From an uncultured Acidibacter sp. (GTDB lineage: Bacteria > Pseudomonadota > Gammaproteobacteria > Steroidobacterales > Steroidobacteraceae), in assembly GCA_964599335.1 (NCBI GenBank), contig CAZRFN010000001.1, positions 12,186 through 76,185 of the forward strand: DNA of 64,000 bases, read 5' to 3'. Made by a program: the position numbers and the translations under genes. This document shows, piece after piece, positions 55,700-64,000 of the stretch. Numbering within the stretch: position 1 is the stretch's first letter; every line of letters starts with the position of its first letter. The notes beneath the pieces are model-generated. The model saw nothing but the letters and a program-made list of their open reading frames with translations, was not told the origin of the DNA and ran no database searches.

Positions 55700-58209
55700 G
55701 TCGTTCGACGCGGGTGCGACACGCTATATCGGAAAGGAAGAAAGGTTCCGGTCGAATAGTTGCCGTTCGGTAGCGTATTGCTGAGGACTGCGTCGCGGAA
55801 TGCCCCCGTCGGGGCATCTTCATCGGTCAAGTTTCTACCCCAGACTTCGACCGACCATTCTTCAGCGCGCATTCCTAACGAAGCGTTTACGAAGGTAGCC
55901 GCCGGAACGATGGTTTGATTCGAGGCGTCGGCGAACTGTCTGCCGCGATGCGATACGTCACTGCGAAAGAAAATCTCATTGCCGCTCGCAGTGTTTTTCG
56001 AATACTGAAGACCCGCGTTTGCTTGAACCTTCGATGTCCGGAGAATCTGATTTCCGGAGACATCGCCCGTCGGTGCAAAGCTCGGAAAGTCACCAAAAGT
56101 TTCGACCTGAGCCCTGTCGTATTTCGGGTCGGAGAAAGAGGCGCCAATGTTCAACTCCAAGCCGCTGAACGGCCTCGCAAGTACCGCGAGTTCGATACCT
56201 TTAACGGTAGCATCGCCAGCGTTCACGTTAACGCCCGTTGCCGAGACGATCTCGCGTCCATCGATCTTCGAGACAACCTGCGGAATGACGATGTCAGACC
56301 AGTCGAGCTGATACACATCGAGTTCCACACCGAGTCGACGATCGAGAAACTCGGCCTTCATGCCAAGCTCGATGCTTTTGAGCGTCTCGGGATCGAACGG
56401 CGCGGGTACCGTGACTTCTACCGCAGCGTTATCCACGAACCTCACCCTGGTCGGATCGAAATCGCCGGATTTCTCGGAGTGCGCCACGCTCGCAAAGACG
56501 GTGACGCGCTCGGCTGGTTTGTAACGCAAGGTGCCGCGCCAGCTGATGAGCCCCCACCCTCTTTCGCGACTCGCTCGAGTGTTCTTGTCGACGAAGGATC
56601 TTTTTTCATCGGTATATCGACCTTCGATCGATGCCGTGAAGCGGTCGGTGAGGTCGTAATCGAGCGAGCCAAAGGCGGACGGCGCGGACGCTTTTTCGAT
56701 GATGACGGCATCGAAACCTGCGCCACCGGAAGGATCACGGAACCATGGAAGGAACACGGCGTTACCACCGTCTCGAACGAAATCGACGACCGTTGTCGGA
56801 CCGAAAGACGTGCAGGCCAAACAGAATGAGCCGAAGTCCGCCGGCAAAGGCGCCGTCGCGATCGCGCCGTCGAGCCCACTGCCCGAAGACGTCTCGTAGT
56901 AATAAACGCCCAAGGAGTAGCGATGCGATTTTTCGCGGTCGCTCACAAATCGAATTTCCTGACTTTTGTCGAAGGTGTTGTCGACGCCGCCCACTTGCAG
57001 CAGGCCGGTCTGAAAACGCTTGAGCGGACCTGATCGAGTGCCGAACACACCCGGGCCGAGCGGAAATGGCGATAGCGGTGCGGGCTGATAAGTGAACCAC
57101 ACGGTGTTTCCGGTGTTGCGCGAGCCATCGACGAGATAGCCCTGCTTCACGCGGGAGTAGCCCGTGATGGCCTCCAGAACGCCCCCGGCCATATCGCGGG
57201 TGAGCTTCAAATAGCTGCGGATGAGATGTCGCTTCTCGCCCGTGGCCTCCGGCATCGTAGTCAACGAATCGCGGGTGATCGACGGCAGCTCACCGCAATA
57301 ATTGAGCAAGCGGCTCGAACGAGGGTACGTCGTGCCGGCGATGGTGCCGCTCAGCCCGAGGTTCTGATCGCGGACACGCCGATCTTCGCAGTTCATGGTG
57401 AGCCCGGTGGTGGCCGTGTTGTCGACGTCGTCACTCGAGATGTATAGGCCGAGCTCCGCCGCGAATTGGTCGCTGACATCCCACAACAATGAGCCGTTGA
57501 AGGTCGAGAACTCGTAACCGCCTATCGTCGCCCTGCGCCCTGGACCCGAATATTGGTTTTCGTAAGAGCCGTTCCACTCGTCGTGCAAGAACGTTGCTCG
57601 CCCTTTGAGGTCACCGAAGATCGGGCCGCTCAAGGTCAAAGATGCCAGTCGCTTACCGCGATTTCCGGCGGTGAGCGTTGCGCGAGACTTGAATACGTCG
57701 CCAGGCTTTGCCGACACGTAGTTGATCGCGCCGCTGAACGCATTACGACCATAAAGCGCAGCCTGCGGCCCCTTGACCACTTCGATACGCTCGAAATCGA
57801 GCTGGTTGAAGTTAATGCCCTCTCGGCCTGATACGAAGACACCATCAAAGAAAATTGCCGTATTGAGCTCGCCGAAAATATCGATCGGTGCAACGCCTCG
57901 AATGACCGGAGCTGGGAGAAAATCGCCAAGCACGTTCGAGAACGTGAGGCCGGGAGTAAAGGATGCCACGTCATCGAGATTGGCGATGCCCCTCGACTCG
58001 ATGACGTCGGCGGTGAACGCCGTGATCGCGAGCGGAACGTCGATAAGAGATTCCGTCGATTTCCGAGCGGTCACCACTACTTCTTCGAGCGCGAGATCTT
58101 CTTGCGCAGCGGACTGTGCCGAAGCCATCGGCATAGCGACGAGCGAGAAAGCAAAAAGCGTCGCCCACGAAAGGGCCGACCCGGCTCGGGTATCGTCCAT
58201 GATCGACAT
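55669..58209 (-). CDS. TonB-dependent receptor
   Basis: Signal peptide, 'EEVVVTARK' TonB-box/plug region, 'IEVVKGPQAALYGRNAFSGAINY', C-terminal 'YGVTLRYNF'. AGGAGG SD. Confidence 0.9.
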   Translation of the reverse strand: MSIMDDTRAGSALSWATLFAFSLVAMPMASAQSAAQEDLALEEVVVTARKSTESLIDVPLAITAFTADVIESRGIANLDDVASFTPGLTFSNVLGDFLPAPVIRGVAPIDIFGELNTAIFFDGVFVSGREGINFNQLDFERIEVVKGPQAALYGRNAFSGAINYVSAKPGDVFKSRATLTAGNRGKRLASLTLSGPIFGDLKGRATFLHDEWNGSYENQYSGPGRRATIGGYEFSTFNGSLLWDVSDQFAAELGLYISSDDVDNTATTGLTMNCEDRRVRDQNLGLSGTIAGTTYPRSSRLLNYCGELPSITRDSLTTMPEATGEKRHLIRSYLKLTRDMAGGVLEAITGYSRVKQGYLVDGSRNTGNTVWFTYQPAPLSPFPLGPGVFGTRSGPLKRFQTGLLQVGGVDNTFDKSQEIRFVSDREKSHRYSLGVYYYETSSGSGLDGAIATAPLPADFGSFCLACTSFGPTTVVDFVRDGGNAVFLPWFRDPSGGAGFDAVIIEKASAPSAFGSLDYDLTDRFTASIEGRYTDEKRSFVDKNTRASRERGWGLISWRGTLRYKPAERVTVFASVAHSEKSGDFDPTRVRFVDNAAVEVTVPAPFDPETLKSIELGMKAEFLDRRLGVELDVYQLDWSDIVIPQVVSKIDGREIVSATGVNVNAGDATVKGIELAVLARPFSGLELNIGASFSDPKYDRAQVETFGDFPSFAPTGDVSGNQILRTSKVQANAGLQYSKNTASGNEIFFRSDVSHRGRQFADASNQTIVPAATFVNASLGMRAEEWSVEVWGRNLTDEDAPTGAFRDAVLSNTLPNGNYSTGTFLPFRYSVSHPRRTTYGVTLRYNF

Positions 58210-58371
58210 GCCTCCTTGGCATTTAGGTCATTGTTTGTTCCGCTGATTTTACTATGCGGCGCCGACGAGTGGCTATCGCATGATTTGCAATTGTCTTGGC
58301 ATACCTAGAGCGATATCTTCGACCTATCTAAAGACTTTTCGTGACTTCACCCTGCAGAGGACTTGACACTC

Positions 58372-59568
58372 ATGCCCAGAAAAACTCCGAAACTCGATCG
58401 ACGTTCCCTGATCACAGGCGCCGCCGTTGCCAGCGTGGCGGCTATCGCCGGTCGTGATGGTGTCAGCGTCGCAAAGGCAGAGGGCGTTTCGGCGTACACC
58501 TCCAACAATGGCATTCAGGTTGCCAATCGTGGTCAATATGCAAAAGTGGCGCTGAAGCAAGAGTCGATCAACGTTGCGGCGGTCCAGTCTCAGCTTTACT
58601 CAATCGACCTGCGTGATCGTGCGAAAACGCTCAAACGCAATCTCGATCGCGTACTTCGTCTCATCGATCTTGCGCAGAACTCGCCGGAAGAGTGGAACGG
58701 CGAACGACGTTGGGGCTCGAAGGTCGACCTCATCGCCATGCACGAGTTTCCGATCCAAGGCTTTCAACCCTGGAATAGAAAAGAGCTCAATCAAATCGCT
58801 TTCGAGCTTCCTGGTCTGGAGTCCGAGGCGATCGGTGAGCGAGCCAAACGTTATGGCTGTTATATCTCATGGGGCTGCTACGCCAAAGAAAAAGACTGGC
58901 CAGACCATGTGATCAATATGTCGGTACTCACCGGTCCCGATGGCAAGATCGTGAGCAAGCAGTGGAAAGCCCGAAACATCCTCGGGCTCTTCGGCGACGG
59001 TGCACTCATCGGCACGACGGTCTACGACGTGCTCGATCGTTACGTCGAGATGTATGGCTGGGATGCCGTGATGCCGGTCGCTCGCACCGATATCGGCAAT
59101 ATCGCCATCACGGCGGTCGGCAATGAGCCGCTGCTCTACACCTGCCTCGCCTTGAAAGGCGCCGAAGTGCTCGTGCTTTCTGTCACGGGAGGCAGCAACT
59201 CGGAAGTCGCAAAGGCTACAGCCCGCTCGGCGCGTATCTACACCATGGGCGTAGGTAACTCGGTGTCGCCCAACAACATCGGATTTCCCGAGTCGTCGGG
59301 AACACGCGATCAAGGAACCGTGATCGTCGATCCTCGAGGAACCGTGCTTGCCGAGACGGACAATCATCACGAGGACATCATCACTGCTCGAATTCCGATT
59401 GCCGAATTCCGCAAGACTCGACGCGTTCAGGAACTGCCGATGGCCTTGTTGCTGCCGGTGTTGCAGCAGTATCAACCGTTATTCCAGCCGAACGCGTTCC
59501 TCGACAAGTTGCCGCAGACTTATCAGGAAGCGGGCGAGCTCGTCAGAAAACGAATGGGCATGAAATAA
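58372..59568 (+). CDS. Tat-exported carbon-nitrogen hydrolase (aliphatic amidase/nitrilase superfamily)-like protein
   Basis: 'LDRRSLITGAAVASVAAIAG..AKA' Tat signal. 'DLIAMHEFPIQG' (Glu), 'GKIVSKQWKARN' (Lys), 'IAITAVGNEPLLYTCLALKGAEVLV' (Cys position not conserved). Confidence 0.75.
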   Translation: MPRKTPKLDRRSLITGAAVASVAAIAGRDGVSVAKAEGVSAYTSNNGIQVANRGQYAKVALKQESINVAAVQSQLYSIDLRDRAKTLKRNLDRVLRLIDLAQNSPEEWNGERRWGSKVDLIAMHEFPIQGFQPWNRKELNQIAFELPGLESEAIGERAKRYGCYISWGCYAKEKDWPDHVINMSVLTGPDGKIVSKQWKARNILGLFGDGALIGTTVYDVLDRYVEMYGWDAVMPVARTDIGNIAITAVGNEPLLYTCLALKGAEVLVLSVTGGSNSEVAKATARSARIYTMGVGNSVSPNNIGFPESSGTRDQGTVIVDPRGTVLAETDNHHEDIITARIPIAEFRKTRRVQELPMALLLPVLQQYQPLFQPNAFLDKLPQTYQEAGELVRKRMGMK

Positions 59569-59587
59569 ACGGTCGCCGGCGCTGCGC

Positions 59588-61840
59588 TCAATGCGCAGTG
59601 CCGGTGCTGAGTCCGATGTTGAGATCGACGGCATCGATGCCCACTGGGTAGCGGTGACGAAAGCCCTTCACCGGTGTCCAAGCTTCGTCTGTCACGACCA
59701 AGGCGAACACCCCGAGCACTTGCGTATCGAAGCTCGCCGTTCGGGTCTTCGGGTCGTATCGTAGTGGCATCGAGCCCGCCGGTACGAAAACCGGATCCCA
59801 CCCAAGAGATGCCTCGTTATAAATGAACGCCTTCAAGCGGGAGATCTCACTCGCTTCGAGTTTTCGTTTGCCTGCGATAGGCAGCGTAAGCGTCGCCGGC
59901 CGATTGACGATGGTGCGATAAGGCCCCATGAGTACCGCCGGGCTCACGGCTTCACCGTGATCGCGCAGATACTGAACCGGAACATTCTGCGAGCCGATAT
60001 AGGCTTCGAAACTATCCCACGCCGAAACGAGATTATCCGCGGGATCACGGAACGCTCGATAATTCTTTGCATCGAAGGATTCCGGCTCACCGGGATGCGC
60101 GTCTTTGGCGATCACGAGTTTGGCGCCCCGCAGCGCGCCCGATTTCACTTCGACGCTGCCGCCCCCCTCACGATCGATCGCGCCCCTCGCAGCAATCGAC
60201 AGATTCGTGCCGACGGGAAACACACCGAAGCGCTCGATGGCGGTTCGGATGTTGTTTGCGTATCCGATCGAGAACTCTCGGCCCCAGGCATCGAAGGTTT
60301 CGGAATACTGAAGCCTTGAGATCGATGAATCGGACGGATTGCAATCGACGGGCTTCGGCGAGTCGACTCGCTCGCACCACTCGACCCAACGCTTGCCTTG
60401 ACGGAGATCGGTTCGGGTATTGAGCGGGATTTGCTGCAGCTTGCGGATCGCGAGCAAGGGATCGCGGCCGTCGTAATACCAGTGCGACAGCAGCACGAGG
60501 ATATCGCGACGCCCATCACGCTTCGCCAAGTCGATGTTCTCGCGCAAGGTCCGGAATCGATTTTCAGGATCGGTCGCCGTGAAGTCTTGAGGCACCGACA
60601 ACCCATAGGAGTAATAGTTGTCGAGGCGAACGTCGCCTGACTTGCCCACGGGATTGAAACGCAAGGCATAACGATCACCGAAATAAGCCTCGAGGTAACG
60701 CTTGAACGAGATGTAGTTGTTATAGGCGTTCTCGTGATAGACCTCTTTCGACCACGGATGCGGCGCCGAAAATGGACCGACACCCGCCCGATCCGGAAAA
60801 GGCAAGCCGTAGGTGGTGTAAAGCACGGCAACTTCCGATCCGCGTGGCAAGCGATCGAGATGTTTTTTTGCCACGTGCAACAGTGCAAGGTTGTATTCAG
60901 GCGTACGTCCGACCTGTCGCGACTGTTGGTAAGTGAAGGTGTCCCGAAAACCCGCCAGGCACAACGCGCGCTGAACATAACCACGTGTCATGAAATTGTT
61001 GGCGTAGTTGTTGTTGTCCGTGGTTTCACGAACGAGCACCATCTTTCTGAAACCTTCGCGCGCAAAATCGAGTGCGACATCTTCTTCGAAGCGCGTGAGC
61101 CCTGTGGTCGGCGAATACGCACCAAATCTCACATCGATCTGATTGCCGAACAATTGATGTAGAACACGCGCCGTCGTCCGCTCGACCTCTTCGGTCATTG
61201 GCGACAGTCGAGGCGCCAGATCGTCGTGCAAGATGCTGAAGTCGGTGATGCCCGAGGCCATCGAGATCTCATCGGTGTCACGGATGCCATTGGGCATGGC
61301 GAGCGGGTTCGGTCCCGGTCCTCGCGGACTCGAGCCGATCATGAAAACGCCCTCGAGGTAGTTCGTGCCGTCTCGCGGATCGATTGCCCAGAACGATCTC
61401 TGCTGCGGATTCTTCATGTCCTTCGCGGGGGTGATCAGGCCCGGCGTATCGGGAACATCTTTGACAGCCAGTTTAACTTTGGGATCGTAGATCGATACCC
61501 AGTACTCGCCATCAGGTGACTTCCGGTACAAGCCCATCGAGTCGTAGGCTCCCTCGACCCCGCGGGTTTTGAAGCCGAGGAAATACGGAATGAGACCGAG
61601 CTGCTGACGAAACGGCGGAACGCCGACGAAATCCTCGGTGCAGGGCTCGTCCGGACCGGCTGCATTCGCGCCGAAGCTGCGCTTGATCACCTCGCGGCGA
61701 TAGAGCGGGTCGATGCCCTGAGGCTCTGCCCAGTCGGTCATCAATACGGCGATTCGATCGGCGTTTCGCTCTGTGCCCGGGTCCGCAGCCGATACGACCG
61801 CAGCGAAGAATGCCGAAATCAGGATAACGCTCTGACGCAT
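59588..61840 (-). CDS. large secreted protein of unknown function (750 aa)
   Basis: ATG 61840 gives the signal peptide 'MRQSVILISAFFAAVVSA'. The ORF is long and uninterrupted, with a coding-like codon pattern. No family confidently recognised. Confidence 0.65.
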   Translation of the reverse strand: MRQSVILISAFFAAVVSAADPGTERNADRIAVLMTDWAEPQGIDPLYRREVIKRSFGANAAGPDEPCTEDFVGVPPFRQQLGLIPYFLGFKTRGVEGAYDSMGLYRKSPDGEYWVSIYDPKVKLAVKDVPDTPGLITPAKDMKNPQQRSFWAIDPRDGTNYLEGVFMIGSSPRGPGPNPLAMPNGIRDTDEISMASGITDFSILHDDLAPRLSPMTEEVERTTARVLHQLFGNQIDVRFGAYSPTTGLTRFEEDVALDFAREGFRKMVLVRETTDNNNYANNFMTRGYVQRALCLAGFRDTFTYQQSRQVGRTPEYNLALLHVAKKHLDRLPRGSEVAVLYTTYGLPFPDRAGVGPFSAPHPWSKEVYHENAYNNYISFKRYLEAYFGDRYALRFNPVGKSGDVRLDNYYSYGLSVPQDFTATDPENRFRTLRENIDLAKRDGRRDILVLLSHWYYDGRDPLLAIRKLQQIPLNTRTDLRQGKRWVEWCERVDSPKPVDCNPSDSSISRLQYSETFDAWGREFSIGYANNIRTAIERFGVFPVGTNLSIAARGAIDREGGGSVEVKSGALRGAKLVIAKDAHPGEPESFDAKNYRAFRDPADNLVSAWDSFEAYIGSQNVPVQYLRDHGEAVSPAVLMGPYRTIVNRPATLTLPIAGKRKLEASEISRLKAFIYNEASLGWDPVFVPAGSMPLRYDPKTRTASFDTQVLGVFALVVTDEAWTPVKGFRHRYPVGIDAVDLNIGLSTGTAH

Positions 61841-61933
61841 GACAGCCCCCTCGTTTCTTCCGCCGACCATCCACGGCGGATGCGGTTTAGGTTAGCCTCG
61901 CTCCTCCCAACGAGCAGACTGGAAGTTGCACCG

Positions 61934-62413
61934 ATGACCGAAAATACGATTTCTTCCGCCCTGAGCACCCTGCAAGCCCGAGTCGGACAGGAAGTCCACG
62001 TCAGTGACTGGATGACGATCTCGCAGGAACGTATCAACGCCTTTGCCGCGGCGACGGATGATCCGCAATGGATTCACGTCGATGTCGAGCGCGCGAATCG
62101 TGAGTCGCCCTACGGCGCGCCGATCGCGCACGGTTACCTGACGCTATCGCTGAGCGTGCCGCTACGTGGACTCGTCGATGCAGCCAAACCGATCGCTCCT
62201 GGGGTCCGCAACGTCATCAACTACGGGCTCAACAAGCTGCGGTTTCCCAACGCCGTCCGCGTCGGCTCGAAAATCCGTGGCCGCTTCACCCTGCAGGCCG
62301 TCGAGCAGGTCGCGCCCAACGTATTGCAGATCACCGAGCAATACACGGTAGAAATCGAGGGTGCGCCGAAACCGGCCTGCATCGCCGAGAGCGTGATGCG
62401 CTTGGTGTTCTGA
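61934..62413 (+). CDS. MaoC-like (R)-specific enoyl-CoA hydratase/dehydratase
   Basis: 'ISQERINAFAAATDDPQWIHVDVERA..SPYGAPIAHGYLTLSL' hot-dog fold motif. Start placed at ATG 61934. Confidence 0.85.
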   Translation: MTENTISSALSTLQARVGQEVHVSDWMTISQERINAFAAATDDPQWIHVDVERANRESPYGAPIAHGYLTLSLSVPLRGLVDAAKPIAPGVRNVINYGLNKLRFPNAVRVGSKIRGRFTLQAVEQVAPNVLQITEQYTVEIEGAPKPACIAESVMRLVF

Positions 62414-62422
62414 TCGACGAAC

Positions 62423-63379
62423 ATGAAGTCCGTCTTTCTCGACTTCGCAACTCTCGGTAGCGGCGATCTCGACACCACTCGACTTGAGAGCGCTGCCCCC
62501 GGCCTCACCTTGCTGCCCGCGACACCGCAGCATGAAGTGCTCGAACGCATCGCTGGCCATGCCATCGTCATGACCAACAAGCTGCGACTCGATCGAGCAC
62601 TCATCGAGGCCTCGCCGGAACTGCGGCTCATCGCTGTCTCGGCAACAGGCACCAATAATCTCGATCTCGAGGCGGCTCGCGAACGAGGTGTCGCGGTCTG
62701 CAACGTCACGGACTATTGCACGCCATCGGTGGTTCAACATGTGCTGGGTGTGTTGCTGTCGTTGACGCATCGACTCTCCGACTACTCGCGCGAGGCGCGC
62801 GATGGCACTTGGGCCAAGGGCTCGCAATTCACTTTGCTCGGCCATCGTGTTCGTGAACTTCGCGGGCTGACGCTCGGCGTCGTTGGCTGGGGGGTGTTGG
62901 GTCAGGCGGTCGCGCGGGCCTGTGAGAGTGCGCTCGGCATGCGGGTCGTCGTCGCCAATCGGCCCGGCGGAACGCCCGCCGAGGGGCGGCTCGATCTCGA
63001 CGATCTCCTACGCTGTGCCGACGTCGTCACCCTGCATTGCCCACTCACGCCGGCGACCTCGAACATGATCGACGAGCGACGGCTCGGACTCATGAAGCGC
63101 GATGCCATTCTCATCAATACCGCTCGTGGCGGACTCGTCGATGTCGGCGCGCTCGCGGCGGCCTTGCGGAGCGGCAAGCTCGGGGGTGCAGCCATCGACG
63201 TGCTGCCGGTAGAGCCGCCCGTCGACGGCAGCCCGCTGTTCGCACCGGATCTGCCCAACCTGATCGTCACCCCGCATACCGCCTGGGCTGCTGTGGAATC
63301 CCGACAACGATGTCTCGACGAGGTGGCCGCCAACGTCGCAAATTGGCGGGCTGGGGGAACTCGTCGACGGGTCGTGTGA
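62423..63379 (+). CDS. D-isomer-specific 2-hydroxyacid dehydrogenase (glycerate dehydrogenase-like)
   Basis: 'LGVVGWGVLGQAVAR' (GxGxxG), 'LINTARGGLVD', 'AAIDVL..EP', 'TPHTAWA'. Confidence 0.9.
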   Translation: MKSVFLDFATLGSGDLDTTRLESAAPGLTLLPATPQHEVLERIAGHAIVMTNKLRLDRALIEASPELRLIAVSATGTNNLDLEAARERGVAVCNVTDYCTPSVVQHVLGVLLSLTHRLSDYSREARDGTWAKGSQFTLLGHRVRELRGLTLGVVGWGVLGQAVARACESALGMRVVVANRPGGTPAEGRLDLDDLLRCADVVTLHCPLTPATSNMIDERRLGLMKRDAILINTARGGLVDVGALAAALRSGKLGGAAIDVLPVEPPVDGSPLFAPDLPNLIVTPHTAWAAVESRQRCLDEVAANVANWRAGGTRRRVV

Positions 63380-63467
63380 CCAAAGATGGCATGGGGGATA
63401 GTCCCAATGGCATCTCCTCTCCTTATAGGTAGAATCCCCGGCCCATCCCCGGACCCCGAAGTCAAAG

Positions 63468-64000
63468 ATGACCCTGACCACGACTCGAGCTGTTTTCGGT
63501 TCCCTTTTGCTCGGCGCCCTATTGGCACTGTCGGGTTGTGGCGGAAACAAACCCTCTGGCATGCCGGGCGTCGGCGACCGGCCGGCCGGCTCCGGCGGCC
63601 CCCCGCCCGCCAAGGTCATCACCGCCAAGGTCGAGCGTCGCCCTTTCGGCCCCGAGATCGAAGCCGTCGGCACGGCGCTCTCCCGTGAGTCGGTCGAGAT
63701 CACCTCGAAAACTGCCAATACGATCACCCGCATTCGATTCGAGGAGGGGCAACGGGTCGCTGTCGGAACGGTGCTCGTCGAACTCGACCGCGCCCAAGCC
63801 GCGGCGGCGCTTGCAGAGGCCGAAGCGAATCTCGCAGAGGCCCGCAACCAGTTCACCCGGGGCCGCGATCTGTCTGTGACTCAGGCGCTATCGAAGGCGC
63901 AACTCGATCAACTCGAAACAGCGGTGAAAACCGGTGAGTCTCGGGTCGACGCGGCGCGTGCCCGTCTTTCGGATACCGTCATCCGCGCGCCGTTCGCAGG
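63468..64000 (+). CDS. efflux RND transporter periplasmic adaptor subunit, 3'-partial
   Basis: My own translation from ATG 63468: 'MTLTTTRAVFGSLLLGALLALSGCGG' (lipobox), 'VLVELDRAQAAAALAEAEANLAEARNQF', 'SDTVIRAPFAG'. The frame is open to the window end. Confidence 0.8.
   Translation, partial: MTLTTTRAVFGSLLLGALLALSGCGGNKPSGMPGVGDRPAGSGGPPPAKVITAKVERRPFGPEIEAVGTALSRESVEITSKTANTITRIRFEEGQRVAVGTVLVELDRAQAAAALAEAEANLAEARNQFTRGRDLSVTQALSKAQLDQLETAVKTGESRVDAARARLSDTVIRAPFA

Noticed and set aside
58270-58300. Possible Fur/Zur-like operator (gcatgatttgcaattgtcttggcat) upstream of the TonB-dependent receptor and the Tat amidase-like gene.
   Set aside because: It matches only about 9 of 15 positions of the Fur consensus by eye and is only weakly palindromic (CAATTG core). 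This is insufficient to call.
1-64000. Search for tRNA, rRNA, CRISPR arrays, IS elements or transposases, toxin-antitoxin pairs and known defence-system genes.
   Set aside because: All intergenic gaps are 201 bp or shorter, and none shows tRNA-like T-arm/anticodon architecture or repeat-spacer arrays. No ORF carries transposase, integrase (other than XerC), nuclease-helicase defence or TA signatures that I can recognise by eye.

Overview
This is a 64-kb chromosomal segment from a GC-rich (about 60%+) Gram-negative bacterium. Gene content and the dapF-DUF484-xerC-hslVU synteny suggest a gammaproteobacterium, possibly Xanthomonadales/Nevskiales-like, but that is inference only. Coding density is very high and many genes are translationally coupled through ATGA/GTGA overlaps. 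I found no rRNA, tRNA, CRISPR array, transposase, IS element or prophage genes.

Recognisable core genes:
- dapF, xerC, hslVU, gor, xthA, purT, mdh, fadE, dinB, an ABC-F ATPase and zur.
- A complete propionyl-CoA to succinyl-CoA operon: methylmalonyl-CoA mutase, meaB, pccB, pccA and an epimerase.

Accessory or unusual content:
1. A CarH/LitR-type B12 photoreceptor regulator. Its candidate operator-promoter architecture recurs 18 kb away in front of an unannotated, promoter-plus-terminator-defined small RNA candidate at 24676-24805 on the minus strand. This is my best candidate for something undescribed.
2. A six-gene plus-strand catabolic cluster (7386-13776). It includes a Tat-exported flavin amine oxidase and a maleate-isomerase-like protein that lacks both catalytic cysteines.
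3. A zur / COG0523 metallochaperone / WD40 module.
4. A four-gene minus-strand operon: a beta-CASP MBL nuclease-like protein, a TLC-like transporter, a secreted unknown protein and a lipocalin-rhodanese lipoprotein.
5. A rhombosortase-like protease coupled to a PPTase, next to an orphan GspB-like gene that is coupled to a DAK2-DegV (FakA-FakB-like) fusion.
6. A Tat-exported amidase-like protein whose nucleophile Cys appears to be replaced by Thr.
7. A 41-aa membrane peptide ORF with a strong SD, heading a GntR-ABC operon.

All family assignments come from reading motifs by eye. No database search or folding computation was run. Many long antisense ORFs in the track are GC-driven shadow ORFs and were rejected.
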